From: Caecitellus pseudoparvulus
Taxonomy: Eukaryota; Protista; Bigyra: Bicosoecida
Direction: 5' to 3'
Length of the DNA: 64,000 bases
Assembly (NCBI GenBank): GCA_965644315.1
Contig: CBFFRQ010000077.1
Span: forward strand, 1 to 64,000
Positions 31,814 through 42,948 of this stretch are shown here, one piece after another. Position numbers and translations under genes: made by a program. A model generated the notes under the pieces. That model searched no databases and was not told the origin of the DNA. It was given only the letters and a program-made list of their open reading frames with translations. Each line of letters begins with the position of its first letter. Positions within the stretch are counted from its first letter, which is position 1.

Positions 31814-34800
31814 ATGAGGCACGCACCTACTCTGCGAAGTCATGACCAAGCACCTGAGCCGGAGGCCTGGTCAGCTTGGGGCCGGCAAGTAATTGCAAAG
31901 TATTGGACGCTGTTGCTGGCGTACTTGTGCTGGCTGCTTGTTCTCATTTTTCGCCTTGCCCAGGGTGCCTCAGAGTGCGCGGCAGAGCACATGGTGCTCG
32001 CCACCAACGAGCACGCCCGTCTCTTGCTGGAGTGGTGCACCATCATTGCCTGCATTGGGGCTACGCTGCTAGTGCTGCGCCACCAACGGCACCGCATCAC
32101 ACGGCCTGACGGGTCCTCGAGGTCACTCCTGGTAGACGATGCAACGTCCAGCCTGGGCATCGTGCAGAGGGAGGTGAGCATGCGCTCCAGGCAGCTCATG
32201 GCAGCGTTGTTTGGGCCAGCCTGCATCTTGAACGCACTCATCTACGCCTTGCCGAGCCGCGTGTGCCTGACATACTCGGTGGTCATGGCCACCGTGGGTG
32301 TCACGTCTAGCTTGGGTGGATACGCCTTCGTGAGCATGCAGCTGCTTCCCATGCACGGCCGGTCCAGGCAGCCTTCTGAGCCGGTCGTGACCACTGCGCC
32401 TGCATCCACCTTTGCCGCGCTGCTGTACATCCTACCCGTCGTGCAGTTGAGCGTGGGCGCCGTAGTCTTCGAACTAGGCGGCGCCCTCCTCACTGAGGTG
32501 TACCTCTCCATATCGCTCCTCCTCGTGCCCGCCGGCGTGCTTTCCTGGGCCCACTTCATGGTGTCCAAGCCTGCGCTGGCGCCCCATTCCCCGCTCCACC
32601 GACGGGTTCACGCCAGCACTCGGCAAGCACCTTGCCACCGCGCCCTGAGGCTGAAGTTCTGGTTGATGCTCGGGGCGAAGCTCAGTCGGCGAATGCTGTT
32701 CGGCGCACACGCGGTGCACAGAACACTCTCCCTCACACGATCCCAGAGGCGAGTGCTGCGCCAGCACTCCACTGCCCTGATTCCAGCCATGCAGATGGCA
32801 GGCATTATTGGACAGCCTGTGTACTTTCTTGTCTTGCTACAGTCAGCAGTGTGCATCGGGGATGCTGGCGGGGGCAGCGTCGTGGACAGCATCGGCCCCT
32901 TTCCAGGACAACACATGTCGCGGCAGGCCCAGAGCGCATTCGCTGCATGCCATATCCCGGGTATTTCGAGACCCCCGGACGATCCAACGTTCGCGAAACT
33001 ACTCACGCTCATGCTGACTTCTGTCTTTGCCGTCGTCCTCGTCAGCACGTTTGCGTGGGAGCAGGCGCTGTTCGACATGGCCAGCCACGAGCAGCGCCAG
33101 CAGCAGGCGGAGACAACGGCCATGCTGCGCTGGCTCTCCCACGAGTGCAGGTCTCCAGTTGCTGCTGCCATGCTGAGCATTGAGTACATTGCAGACGATG
33201 TCCTGCCCGCAATGCGGGAGCTGCTGCGCGCCTTTACGGAGAGCGGCCAAATGTTGCGCGTAGCATCTGTCACCTCGCTTCCGGGCCGGCTTGGATCTAG
33301 CCCGCTGCACACACAGGCAAGCAGGCTCCCACCATCTAGCTCTCGGCCAAGTGGCGCTGCCTTTGCACTGGGCGCAGCCTTGCAGCCAGAAGAGGACGAA
33401 GGGAGCGAAACCTTGCCACTGACCGCTCGTCAACAGCCTTCGAAAGCGCAGCTGCAGAACATCTCCCTCATGGCGCAGCACCTGGCCGAACTTGACAGAA
33501 GTCTTGGCATGGTCAACCAGCCTGTGAAGGGCCTCTCCGAAGTCTTGGACAACATGCTACTGTACATGCGCCGGCAGCGCGAGGGGTACCGTGGCATCCA
33601 ACGAGCGCCGACGAGGCAGGAGGACTTGCTGGATGTGGCTTCTGCGCTGGAGCTGGCGAGACAAAGTGCTTTTGCCAGCCACGACGTGGAGCACTCCTCT
33701 GGACAAGTCAACGTTCAAGTCAGCTTTGCCTCTGCACTGCACAGGCACAGCATGACTGGTGCCGCACACGGTGCCGTGCATGGGTCTGCGGCGACCTTCG
33801 CATTGCAGCAGCTGGTCATGTGCTCTACCATCACCCATGCCACTATCATGCAAGTGCTGACGAACTACTTGACAAACGCGTTGAAGTATGGGAGGGGCCA
33901 TGAGGGGGTCGTGGATGTGGCAGTCCGCATACGCCTGATGCCCGTGAGCCACAGCGCAGGCGCTGGACATGACAGTCTGCGGCGAACTACATCCCTCGCC
34001 GTTGCTCCGACTGAAAGCAGCACACATGTTTCACTTTCGTCAAGTTCTCGGGATGTGCATGAAGCTGCCCAGGAAGCTCCTCAGAGCGAGGCTGCCCCAG
34101 CGTCGGCTGCAGCTCCCAGCCCAGTGGATGCCCTGGCTGCTGACTGGATGCGGCAGCTACTAGGAGCAGGGCGGGCGCCAGTGGTAGCTCAGAGAGATCC
34201 TCAGCAGTACCGAACATTGCGAAGCGTGGTGCCTGGAGTGCTACACTTGGCTGTTCAGGATAAGGGCACTGGACTGTCGGCTCGCGAAGTGTCCAGCCTG
34301 TTCCAGCCCTTTGCCAGGCTGCGAGCAGGCGCCCAGGCTAAAGGGAACGGCCTTGGGCTTTGGCTCATGAAAGAGCTGATGGAGTCACAAGGTGGGAGCC
34401 TGGGGGTGTCCAGCCCCGGTAAGGGCTACGGCAGCACCTTCACCGCGGCAGTCCCCGTGCTGGTCCGCGCGAAACCCAAGCGCACAAGCATTGCGCAGGT
34501 GGCCGTGTCCCCGACTCATCGTGCGCCCCAGTCATCGCTTTCTTCACAAACAAGCTACAGAAGTCAACGTGCCCCTCCACCACCGCAGCTCTTGCGGCTG
34601 CAGTCCCAAGTGGCTGACGGTCGTTCCCTTGTTCCACTCGCAGCCATGAAGCGCTGCCGGTCTGAGACGGACCTCCAGGCGCTGTCAAAGGCTGCAATTG
34701 GGCCAGCTGAAGGAGACAGAAAACCAAAGATTGACAGGACCGATCTTTCTCCACTGGCGTTTGACCTTGAAGCCGTGTCTCGCACACAGTCTCTGGACGC

Positions 34801-35935
34801 AGGTGGAGGACGCACCGTGCAGAAACCAACAGGCACTGCCTCAAGCAGTCCCTCAGTACACACACCACAGTTGGAGATACCTGAGCGTATATCCATGACT
34901 GCGTCTCAAGAGTGGCATGTCCTTATTGTAGATGACGCTGCAGCCAATCGCACCATGCTTGCTCGGCAGGTGAAGCGCAAAGGTCACCGAGTGGCCACAG
35001 CGGAGGACGGCATTGAGGGGCTCAAGTACTTCTTGGCGCATGCATCAGGGTCTGATCCAGTGCAAATTATAATTACAGACTTCACGATGCCACGTATGGA
35101 CGGGGGTGCTATGGCGGGGCACATTGTTCGATCGTGTGCACCTGGCGACCCGCCCAGCCTGTACTCGGCAGCGAGCTCACTGGGGAATCGCCTGAGTCAA
35201 GCGGAGTTCAAAGAAGGAAGTGCAAGCTCCACACAGGATACTGCACCTGAAGCACAACCTTTCCCAAGGTGGATCGAGCGCCTGCACGCCTGCCTCCCTT
35301 CCGCAGCCGCTGTGGCGCCTGAGCCAATGCCCCCTCACACAGGTGCAGCAGCCGCCCAGACGCCAGAGGCTGCACAGGCAGAAGGAGGCAAAGCTGAAAC
35401 CCAAGGTAGCCAGGCGAGCAGTGACTCTTCCCAAGATGATGAAGACCACGACACTTTCAGCCTCGCCTTCGACCCAAAGTTCTTGCCCCGTCTTGGCGTC
35501 GCTACCTCTGCTTCATCCCTTCAGCTTGTGCAAAGCCCGTCCACGCCCCTCCCTGTCGTGACCCCTGCACGAAGACACCGCCCTGTAATAATTGGTGTCA
35601 CAGGAAACGCAATGGCTGACGATGTTGCCAAGTTCGAGGCTGCTGGTGCGGATGTTGTCCTGATCAAACCCGTATCAACACAGAAACTCCTGGCCACAGC
35701 TGCAAGCTTGCTCGCAAGGCGGGCGAAGCTCCGAGATGCAAGCGTTTCAACATCCAGTTGGAGTGGTATGCTGCCCAGTGACGTGGGTGCAGCAAGTGAA
35801 TTGCACACAGGTCCGCACCAGCAAAGCGATGAGCACGGCGCAGGCCGACCTGCAGTGGCGGCAGGAGATGGCCTCGTCGCACAAGCCATTGGCGCGGTGG
35901 CCGTTCGAACCGCGACATCGTTGTCCTTGGGGTGA
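31814..35935 (+). CDS. Membrane-bound hybrid sensor histidine kinase (about 8 TM + HisKA + HATPase + receiver)
   Basis: H-box LSHECRSP, N-box NYLTNALKY, G1 DKGTG, F-box LFQPF, G2 GNGLGL. Receiver VLIVDD, TDFTMPRMDG, VTGNA and IKP. Confidence 0.9.
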   Translation: MRHAPTLRSHDQAPEPEAWSAWGRQVIAKYWTLLLAYLCWLLVLIFRLAQGASECAAEHMVLATNEHARLLLEWCTIIACIGATLLVLRHQRHRITRPDGSSRSLLVDDATSSLGIVQREVSMRSRQLMAALFGPACILNALIYALPSRVCLTYSVVMATVGVTSSLGGYAFVSMQLLPMHGRSRQPSEPVVTTAPASTFAALLYILPVVQLSVGAVVFELGGALLTEVYLSISLLLVPAGVLSWAHFMVSKPALAPHSPLHRRVHASTRQAPCHRALRLKFWLMLGAKLSRRMLFGAHAVHRTLSLTRSQRRVLRQHSTALIPAMQMAGIIGQPVYFLVLLQSAVCIGDAGGGSVVDSIGPFPGQHMSRQAQSAFAACHIPGISRPPDDPTFAKLLTLMLTSVFAVVLVSTFAWEQALFDMASHEQRQQQAETTAMLRWLSHECRSPVAAAMLSIEYIADDVLPAMRELLRAFTESGQMLRVASVTSLPGRLGSSPLHTQASRLPPSSSRPSGAAFALGAALQPEEDEGSETLPLTARQQPSKAQLQNISLMAQHLAELDRSLGMVNQPVKGLSEVLDNMLLYMRRQREGYRGIQRAPTRQEDLLDVASALELARQSAFASHDVEHSSGQVNVQVSFASALHRHSMTGAAHGAVHGSAATFALQQLVMCSTITHATIMQVLTNYLTNALKYGRGHEGVVDVAVRIRLMPVSHSAGAGHDSLRRTTSLAVAPTESSTHVSLSSSSRDVHEAAQEAPQSEAAPASAAAPSPVDALAADWMRQLLGAGRAPVVAQRDPQQYRTLRSVVPGVLHLAVQDKGTGLSAREVSSLFQPFARLRAGAQAKGNGLGLWLMKELMESQGGSLGVSSPGKGYGSTFTAAVPVLVRAKPKRTSIAQVAVSPTHRAPQSSLSSQTSYRSQRAPPPPQLLRLQSQVADGRSLVPLAAMKRCRSETDLQALSKAAIGPAEGDRKPKIDRTDLSPLAFDLEAVSRTQSLDAGGGRTVQKPTGTASSSPSVHTPQLEIPERISMTASQEWHVLIVDDAAANRTMLARQVKRKGHRVATAEDGIEGLKYFLAHASGSDPVQIIITDFTMPRMDGGAMAGHIVRSCAPGDPPSLYSAASSLGNRLSQAEFKEGSASSTQDTAPEAQPFPRWIERLHACLPSAAAVAPEPMPPHTGAAAAQTPEAAQAEGGKAETQGSQASSDSSQDDEDHDTFSLAFDPKFLPRLGVATSASSLQLVQSPSTPLPVVTPARRHRPVIIGVTGNAMADDVAKFEAAGADVVLIKPVSTQKLLATAASLLARRAKLRDASVSTSSWSGMLPSDVGAASELHTGPHQQSDEHGAGRPAVAAGDGLVAQAIGAVAVRTATSLSLG

Positions 35936-36162
35936 TGTCCACGGAGACACAGGTGTGGCAAGCAACGCCCGTGTTGGACACGACGTGGCCAGCGTGCGAG
36001 TGAGGTGGCCACGTGCTTGTTCGACATCTAGAAATGCAAATTCCATCCGCCCCTGTTCATGTACTGCATGTATTCATGGCCAAGTGGCTCTGCGTTGAGT
36101 CCTCTGCAAGCCGCAGCCGCAGGGCGCAGGGCAGATTTGGTGCACCAGGTCCACAGCAAAGC

Positions 36163-37362
36163 ATGGCTGCTGCTGCGAGCGAGGCTGTGGCCACGGCAGT
36201 GCGCCTGGGGGGCACGTCGCCCAAGGCACTGGCAGTATTTAAGACAGTATTGGATAAAACGAAGGCTATTTTGTTCGACTGCGACGGAGGTACGGCGGTT
36301 GCCAGGGAGGCGTGTCAGCGCTCGCCTGTGCACCAAGTTCCGCACACGTCAGGCCACCCGTGCATCGCGCGCAGTCCTATGGAAAGGAGCAGAGTGCATC
36401 CGCCCAGCTGTCCAAGCCATCTTGTCGACCCAAGCAAAGGATATAGATGTCGTGTACGTCACGAACAACAGCAGCAAGGAGAGGTGAGGGAACGTGCATG
36501 GGTCTGGCAGGAAGCTGGCCAGCACTGCTCCGCTCCCGCCTCAAACAGGTCGCAGTATGTCGCGAAAATCGAGAAAGTCCTGACCCCTGTCAAAGCCACA
36601 GAAGACCGCATCTTCAGCAGCAGCTTCGCTGCAGCAAAGTACTTGGAACGACACGGCTTCCGCGGCAAGCAGGTGATGGGCATCGGCGCACCAGGCATGC
36701 TGGACCAGCTGCGGTCTGTAGCGGGGGTCACTACCATCGGCCCAGAGCTGACTGGGAAGTCCTTCGACCCAGACGCAGACCAGAGTCTTATTAAGGAAGA
36801 GGTGGGAAGCGGCCGGACCCGGGCGGTTGTCGTGGGGTTCGACGGAGACTACAACTACTGCAAGGCCGCCATGGCCGGCTCCATTCTGCGGTACAACGCC
36901 GACTGCTTGTTCCTGGCCACGAACAGGGACATGACGTACCCCACATCCAGTGGCATTCTCTTGCCTGGCGGCGGTAGCGTCGTCAAGTCCGTGGAAGCTG
37001 CCTCTGGCAGGGAAGTGCAAGTAGTCGCTGGCAAGCCCAGCCCTGTACTCATGGACCTCATTGCGGGCGAAATCGGGCTGACCAAGACTGCCGATGGCAA
37101 GTGGCCAGCCCTCATGGTGGGGGATAGATTGGACACCGATATTGCCTTTGGCAACGCGGTGGGCATCCCCACCCTGCTCGTTATGAGCGGCGTTACAAGC
37201 GAAGCGGCGCTGGCGTCCGCTCTGCAAGCAGCCGAAGCAGCGGACCCCCATGCTCCGTGGACAGTGGAGCAACTGTTTGACCCCGCCACCATCCCCGCAC
37301 ACTTGAAAGTGCCCACCTTCATCGCTGATGACGTGGGGGTCCTGCACACTGCGTTGCAGTGA
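36163..37362 (+). CDS. PGP: HAD-IIA phosphatase (phosphoglycolate/pyridoxal phosphatase-like); introns 36290-36374, 36484-36548
   Basis: Spliced FDCDGVLW, VTNNS, ATNRD, AGKPS, MVGDRLDTDI and LLVMSGVT. Confidence 0.88.
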   Translation: MAAAASEAVATAVRLGGTSPKALAVFKTVLDKTKAILFDCDGGTAVAREACQRSPVHQVPHTSGHPCIARSPMERSRVHPPSCPSHLVDPSKGYRCRVRHEQQQQGEVRERAWVWQEAGQHCSAPASNRSQYVAKIEKVLTPVKATEDRIFSSSFAAAKYLERHGFRGKQVMGIGAPGMLDQLRSVAGVTTIGPELTGKSFDPDADQSLIKEEVGSGRTRAVVVGFDGDYNYCKAAMAGSILRYNADCLFLATNRDMTYPTSSGILLPGGGSVVKSVEAASGREVQVVAGKPSPVLMDLIAGEIGLTKTADGKWPALMVGDRLDTDIAFGNAVGIPTLLVMSGVTSEAALASALQAAEAADPHAPWTVEQLFDPATIPAHLKVPTFIADDVGVLHTALQ

Positions 37363-37484
37363 CCCGCTGCGCCCGGGCAGATGTTCGCCTTCGGCACAAT
37401 TCATGTTCGCAAACCACACCCGACCAAGCCCGTGCACGGCCCCACTGTGCCGCCAAGCCCCAGCTCGCCACCCCCGCTGCCACC

Positions 37485-38798
37485 ATGGCTGCTGCCACTC
37501 CTGCCCTGGCTGGCACAGACACAGCCAACAAGATGAGCACTAGCACGCTGCGCGAGCGCCCTGTGTACTGGGAGGGAGGAGTGCTGCACCTCGTGAACCA
37601 GCCTGCCCTGCCTGAGAAGTTTGAGATCGTTACCGCCAGCACTGTGGAGGAAATCGCCGCTGCCATCAAGGCCATGACTGTGCGCGGCGCGCCGGCCATC
37701 GGCGCAGCAGGTGCATACGGCATGTTTTGCGGCGCCCGCGAAAGCGGCGCAGCTTCCTCGTGCGTGGCCACCTGTCAGTGCTACGAGCCTAGGCGTGCAC
37801 TCCGCCTTGCCTCGTACCCTCAGAGCTGACCTCATCAAGGACCTGACCAGCACGAAGGAGACTCTCGACGCGGCACGCCCAACTGCAGTGAACTTGAGCT
37901 GGGTGCGTTTCGCGCGCGTTTCACTCCCGCACCAGAGTAAACCCCAGGTCTCGCCCCCCGCGAGCTGCAGGCGACCAAGCGCCTGTTGGACATTGCTTCA
38001 GTCCTAGCTGATCTAGGTGCCAGCGCTGAGTTCATTCGCAACAAGGTCATCGAGGAGGCTCATGCGCTGTGCGAGGAGGACGTGGCTGTGAATGCTCGCA
38101 TGGCGGAATTCGGTGCTGCCCTCGTGAAGGAGGGCGCCAACATCCTGCACCACTGCAACACGGGGGCCCTTGCGACGGTGGACATTGGCACCGCGTTGGG
38201 TGTCATCTACACCTGCCATAAGCAGGGCAAAGGCATCCACGTGTGGGTGGACGAGACCCGGCCCCGCCTGCAAGGCTCTCGCCTGACTGCGTGGGAGCTT
38301 ATGCAGGGCGGCGTGCCCATGCACCTCATCGCCGACAACGCGTCGGGGCACCTCATGCAGCACGGCAAGGTGGACATCATCCTGTACGGCGCCGACCGTG
38401 TGGCCGCCAACGGTGACGTCGCGAACAAGATCGGCACCTACAAGCTCAGCGTGGTGGGCGCCGAGAACGGCGTGCCAGTGTACCCTGTGGTGCCCACCAG
38501 CACCATCGACCTGACCCTGGCCTCCGGTGCGGACATCCCCATCGAGGAGCGTGGTGCAGAGGAGGTGTCCACCGTCTTTGGCAAGGTCATTGCCCCAGAG
38601 GGCGTGCCCGTCTTCAACCCTGCATTCGACGTCACGCCAGCCAAGTACATCTCAGGCATCATCACGGAGGAAGGCATTGCGTACCCGCCCTTTAGCGTCA
38701 CCCTGCCCAAGATGGTGCAGGCGGCTGAGAAGCGCCGTGCAGACGAGTGGGCCGCAAAGCTCGCCACCATTAAGGCTGAGCTGCAGTCTAGCCAGTGA
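37485..38798 (+). CDS. MRI1: Methylthioribose-1-phosphate isomerase (2 introns)
   Basis: [50 protein letters not shown] and NPAFDVTP. Alternative start at 37533. Confidence 0.95.
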
Positions 38799-38901
38799 AG
38801 GCACCTCGCAGCAATGCACGGGCAAGGCTGGTCTCATGTGTGACCCACACCTTCACGTGCATACGACAAGGACCAGCCTGTGTGGCGCGCACGGGCACCC
38901 C

Positions 38902-40140
38902 TTACAAATTCGCCCGAGAAGCGGCGGCAGAGTCGAGTCTGCGCGCGGCGGACCGAGCCTGTGACTCCTGCAGCCTGCGCTCCCACCCATTGCCACGGTC
39001 CACCCCATCCCACCGATACCCTGGCAAGATGCCAAACCGGTTGGGAGCGCCGAGTTTGCCAGTGTACAAAGGCTTTCCTGTGGCGCTGAGGCGAGGTGCA
39101 GCCACACCGTCCCCGGACACCCCGCCCACCACTGTGGATGCCGAGGTCAAACCAGCCATTGGATCGCCTTCACGCACCCGGGCACGCAGCAGCTGCTGCA
39201 AGTCAGCGTCGTCTGCTCTGCGTGCGAGAGGCTTGGCAGCCTCCACCGCCGCGTACTGAGCTGCGGACTGAGCTGCGAGTTTATCCGCCGCGCCTGTGTT
39301 CCATTCCGCGAGAACACGTGCTTCGTGCGCCTTGGCCGCTGCGGCAGCTGCGGCAGTTGCCTCTGCATGCTCGGCGACGTCGATCACTTTGCCAGTGGCA
39401 GAGTCACGGAACACAGTCGCAGCTCCTCGGCCGTCCAGAGAAGCGGCCGGCTTGGGCGCCGCTCGTCTGGGGGGCGATGCATCGCTATCGCTGTCCAACC
39501 GAGCTCGCCTGGGCGGCGACGCATCGCTATCGCTGTCCAACCGAGCTCGCCTGGGCGGCGACGCATCGCTATCGCTGTCCAACCGAGCTCGCCTGGGCGG
39601 CGACGCATCGCTATCGCTGTCCACTCGAGCTCGCCTGGGCGGCGACGCATCGCTATCGCTGTCCACTCGAGCTCGCCTGGGCGGCGACGCATCGCCATCG
39701 CTGTCCACTTCGGCGTGAGCACGAGCTGGCCGTTTAGAACCTTGCCCTTGAGTCGAGGAAGGATGTACCGATGCCATAACTGCTCCTGGCCTGCTCTGGT
39801 GCGCTGAGCGAGGCCGTTTCACACCGCCAACTGCTACTGTCGTGTGATCTGCATGCCCTGCCGCCCACGACATGTCATCGTCGCCGTGAAAGCGGATCGA
39901 TGACTCACCACTGACATTTCGTTGTTTGGCTTTCTTCCCCTTCTTGGCTGCCTTTTTGGCTTTCTTGGCAGCTTTCCGCGCAGCCTCTTCATCTTCTGCA
40001 GCAAGGGCGGCGCCAGGCACAACGTGCGTTTGACTGCTGGCAATACCGTCGCTGAAGAGAGGCCGCTGGCAACACAAACCTGCTGCAGGCCGATGTCCAC
40101 CTTGTGTATATCGCTGCAGATATGCGAGTTTGCTCGCCAT
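38902..40140 (-). CDS. BUD13: Pre-mRNA splicing RES-complex factor Bud13/Cwc26; probable in-frame intron ~39996-40079
   Basis: MASKLAYLQRY, DSDxSPPRR repeats, TVFRD, GDPMA and PNRFGILPGYRWDGVDRGNGWE. Confidence 0.92.
   Translation of the reverse strand: MASKLAYLQRYTQGGHRPAAGLCCQRPLFSDGIASSQTHVVPGAALAAEDEEAARKAAKKAKKAAKKGKKAKQRNVSGESSIRFHGDDDMSWAAGHADHTTVAVGGVKRPRSAHQSRPGAVMASVHPSSTQGQGSKRPARAHAEVDSDGDASPPRRARVDSDSDASPPRRARVDSDSDASPPRRARLDSDSDASPPRRARLDSDSDASPPRRARLDSDSDASPPRRAAPKPAASLDGRGAATVFRDSATGKVIDVAEHAEATAAAAAAAKAHEARVLAEWNTGAADKLAAQSAAQYAAVEAAKPLARRADDADLQQLLRARVREGDPMAGLTSASTVVGGVSGDGVAAPRLSATGKPLYTGKLGAPNRFGILPGYRWDGVDRGNGWERRLQESQARSAARRLDSAAASRANL
39461..39709. repeat. Coding minisatellite, ~6 x 42 bp (RARxDSDSDASPPR) in BUD13
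   Basis: Unit cgagctcgcctgggcggcgacgcatcgctatcgctgtccaac, nearly perfect copies. Confidence 0.95.
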
Positions 40141-40379
40141 GGCTCACCGGCGCCCAGGGGGAGCCACGCAGTTGAGGCAAGTGCGGAAATCACTTTGCTG
40201 GCAAGGCGCACCCAGCGACAATTCGCGCTCGAAAAGGAAGCAAGCTGGTATAGCACAGCTATCACAACAATGTTTGATGCACGTGAAGTTGATCTACCTT
40301 GTTCTGAATTTGCAGCATTTGCTTTGCCCAACACTGCCATGACTGCTGTGACGGGTGCGCTGCGTCTTTGGGCGGTTCA

Positions 40380-42677
40380 CTACATTTCAGAATCCTCCGG
40401 TTTTGAGGAGGAAGTTGCAGGCTCAGCCCCCCCAGCACTTGGCTCTGGGGCAACAGTGGAGCCACGCTTCTCACCTGCCTCGACCTGCTTGCTGAGGGAG
40501 TCGATGCTATCCGCTGTGTCTTTGTCGTGTGAAATGATCTTCTCACGCTCATTGTAGCTGTAGGACATGAGAATGGCATCTGACATGGTGTCTAGGACAG
40601 ATGCAAAGAGGCCGCCCACTGTGTACCCTGTCAGGAACACAACAACAGCTGGGAGGTATGCGTCTGTGACCGGCCCGTCTGGCATGAAGAATGCCGACAC
40701 CGACGGCGTGCGCAGCCCAACGAAGACAAGCAAGGCAGGAACAGCGCCAGTGATGAGCTTCCCAATGAAGAGAAACACAGCCTTCAGAACGACAAGGACT
40801 CCTACTCGCACGATGTTGGTTGTGATGTACTCGATCGCCTTGCAGGAAGCGGGGACGAAGCTCTTGCCCGTCAATCCGACGAAAATGTACGCGATTTTGT
40901 TCACGAACTTCAGGCAACACTCAATGCACCACAAACAGCATCGCACACAGCAGGCCATCATCTTCACCAGTGGGTTGTTTTCATGCTTTGCGACGACACG
41001 CATGTAGTACTCAAAGGCGGCCCGCAGGAATTGCACTGTTGCAATGAGCAAGCTGCCGAACGCGACGGTTCCTAGGTGGTATCGCAAGACAGTGCACAGC
41101 ATGCGGAAGGAGAGGCAACGAAGAATGCGGCGCTTGCCTTGCTCTTGTGGTGCAAAGTACCAGCTCACGCCCACGAACCCTACCACCATCTGCGTCAAGG
41201 CCATGAACGCTGCCATGACCCACAGAATGCCAAAGAAGTGCAGCACGAACATGTGTCGCATTGTGTCGTTGAACTGGACGGTGCGAGCGATGCCTCCAGG
41301 CACATTCGGCACGCTGACCGGCACCACATCCCCAATAGAGAAGAGGAACACGGACACGACCACCCAGAGCAGCACAGCCACAGCAGTAAGCAAGGTGGTC
41401 ACGAGGGGGACAAGCACAACGCCGGGAGAAGCTGCTACAGCTTGGCCAGTGAGCATCAGCACCTTCACCGCCAAACGCACGCGAGGCAATAAGAAGATTG
41501 ACACCACGCAGCTGAGGACGGCGACGGCAAAGACGGCGAAGCTGCCATAATAGTGCACCTTCCATCGCCCATCCGAGTCGTAGGAGTCGGGAAAGTCGGC
41601 TTTGATCTCCTCTGCCCCGAGGTACAAATACAGCCCGCACACGATGATGCCAACGTTGGCGAGGATCATGGACACGTAGACTGTTGCACCCGCCACCAAA
41701 GCGATGAGCTGTCTGTAAAGGGAAGAACCGTGGGCTGCCGTGCCCCACGACATCTGTACAATGCGTTGGGGACCAGTCTGCACTTACGTGTACAGCATGC
41801 CGACGAAGAAGGTGAGAAGGATGCCAGCGCCAATCGCGAACCGGGCATTCATTAGCGATTCCATGATAGCTCCCACATTGTACGTTTCCATCGCCTCAAA
41901 CGTGGCAGCTGCAGTGGCATTGTCAGTCAGCACTCGGGGTAAGCAGTGCCCAGCAGCTTCTCGACTGTCGGTCGTGAGAAGGAGCTCTTCGTGAGTTGCC
42001 CGGCACTCCGTCGCGGCCCACTCGGCCTGATACACCAGAGAGCTGTTGGAAGGGAATTTGACCGAACCATTCACAGCGTTGAAGCACAGAACTGTGATGC
42101 CTGCTGGTGTGTCTACGCTTGGGCATGCTGAGGCACAGATCTGCGGCGGGCAACGCTTGCCATGAGACCTTAGCGGCGGAACGGCAACGCTACACCTGCT
42201 TCGCACCATGAAAGCGCTGGAACCCAGGCTGTTGGGATTGTACACAGAGATCGCCTTGGATCCCAAGGAAGGGGCGCCAGTCTCCACTGAACATGTGCTT
42301 GTGTTTGGGTTGAAGAGGGAGGCAGTCCCACAGAGACCTACAAAGCCAGGCGCCGGGCGAACGGTGAGGGGCTCAGCCACCTTACGATACTCTGCCTGAG
42401 AACTCACATCCTCGGTAGTCCATGCCGCTGTATAGCTTTCTGGGATCCCCTTGTGTCAATGAGATTCCAGCAATGACGAGCATCACCCCCATGAATGCTG
42501 TGCGGTAGAGGTCACGAGTCATGCGCTGCGCTGGTCCCGCACACCAACGCCGCACACACCGATGAAAGCGATCAGCGCGAAAACATCCGTGCATGACCTT
42601 CGTTCTTTACCTGCTTGAAGTGGGGCCACGGGCTTCTCGTCGCTGTCCCGTGGTGCACAGGAGCAGCACGCTCCCAT
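40380..42677 (-). CDS. Choline transporter-like (CTL/SLC44) protein, multi-exon
   Basis: RSCTDVF, GDPRKLYSGMDYRG, RYHLGTVAFGSLL, CCLWCIECCLKFVNKIAY and GKSF..S. Confidence 0.9.
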
Positions 42678-42948
42678 GCTTGCCGGATCAATGAATTCAA
42701 TTTCCGCTGGTCACTCTGCAGTCACCCTTGCACACACAAGCCTCGAGCAACACACATGTCAAGAGGGGAGCACAAGTGAACTACATATCACCAAACGCAC
42801 GATGATTTGCTCGAAGACTGACTTTGAGGCTGAGAATCTCAACCGCTTGGCTAGTTCATGCAAACCGACAAAAACGGAACCAAGCACAATTACGCTCAAC
42901 GGCACACTATGGCAGGCTACTCTTGATTGCATGAGGATCAGGTGTCAA

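Noticed and set aside
36163-38798. HAD phosphatase + MRI1 as a methionine-salvage cluster or fusion
   Set aside because: The HAD is class IIA (PGP-like), not MtnC/MtnX, and I found no in-frame splice joining the two genes.
39461-39709. 42-bp repeat array as a CRISPR
   Set aside because: There are no spacers; it is the in-frame DSDxSPPRR repeat typical of BUD13.
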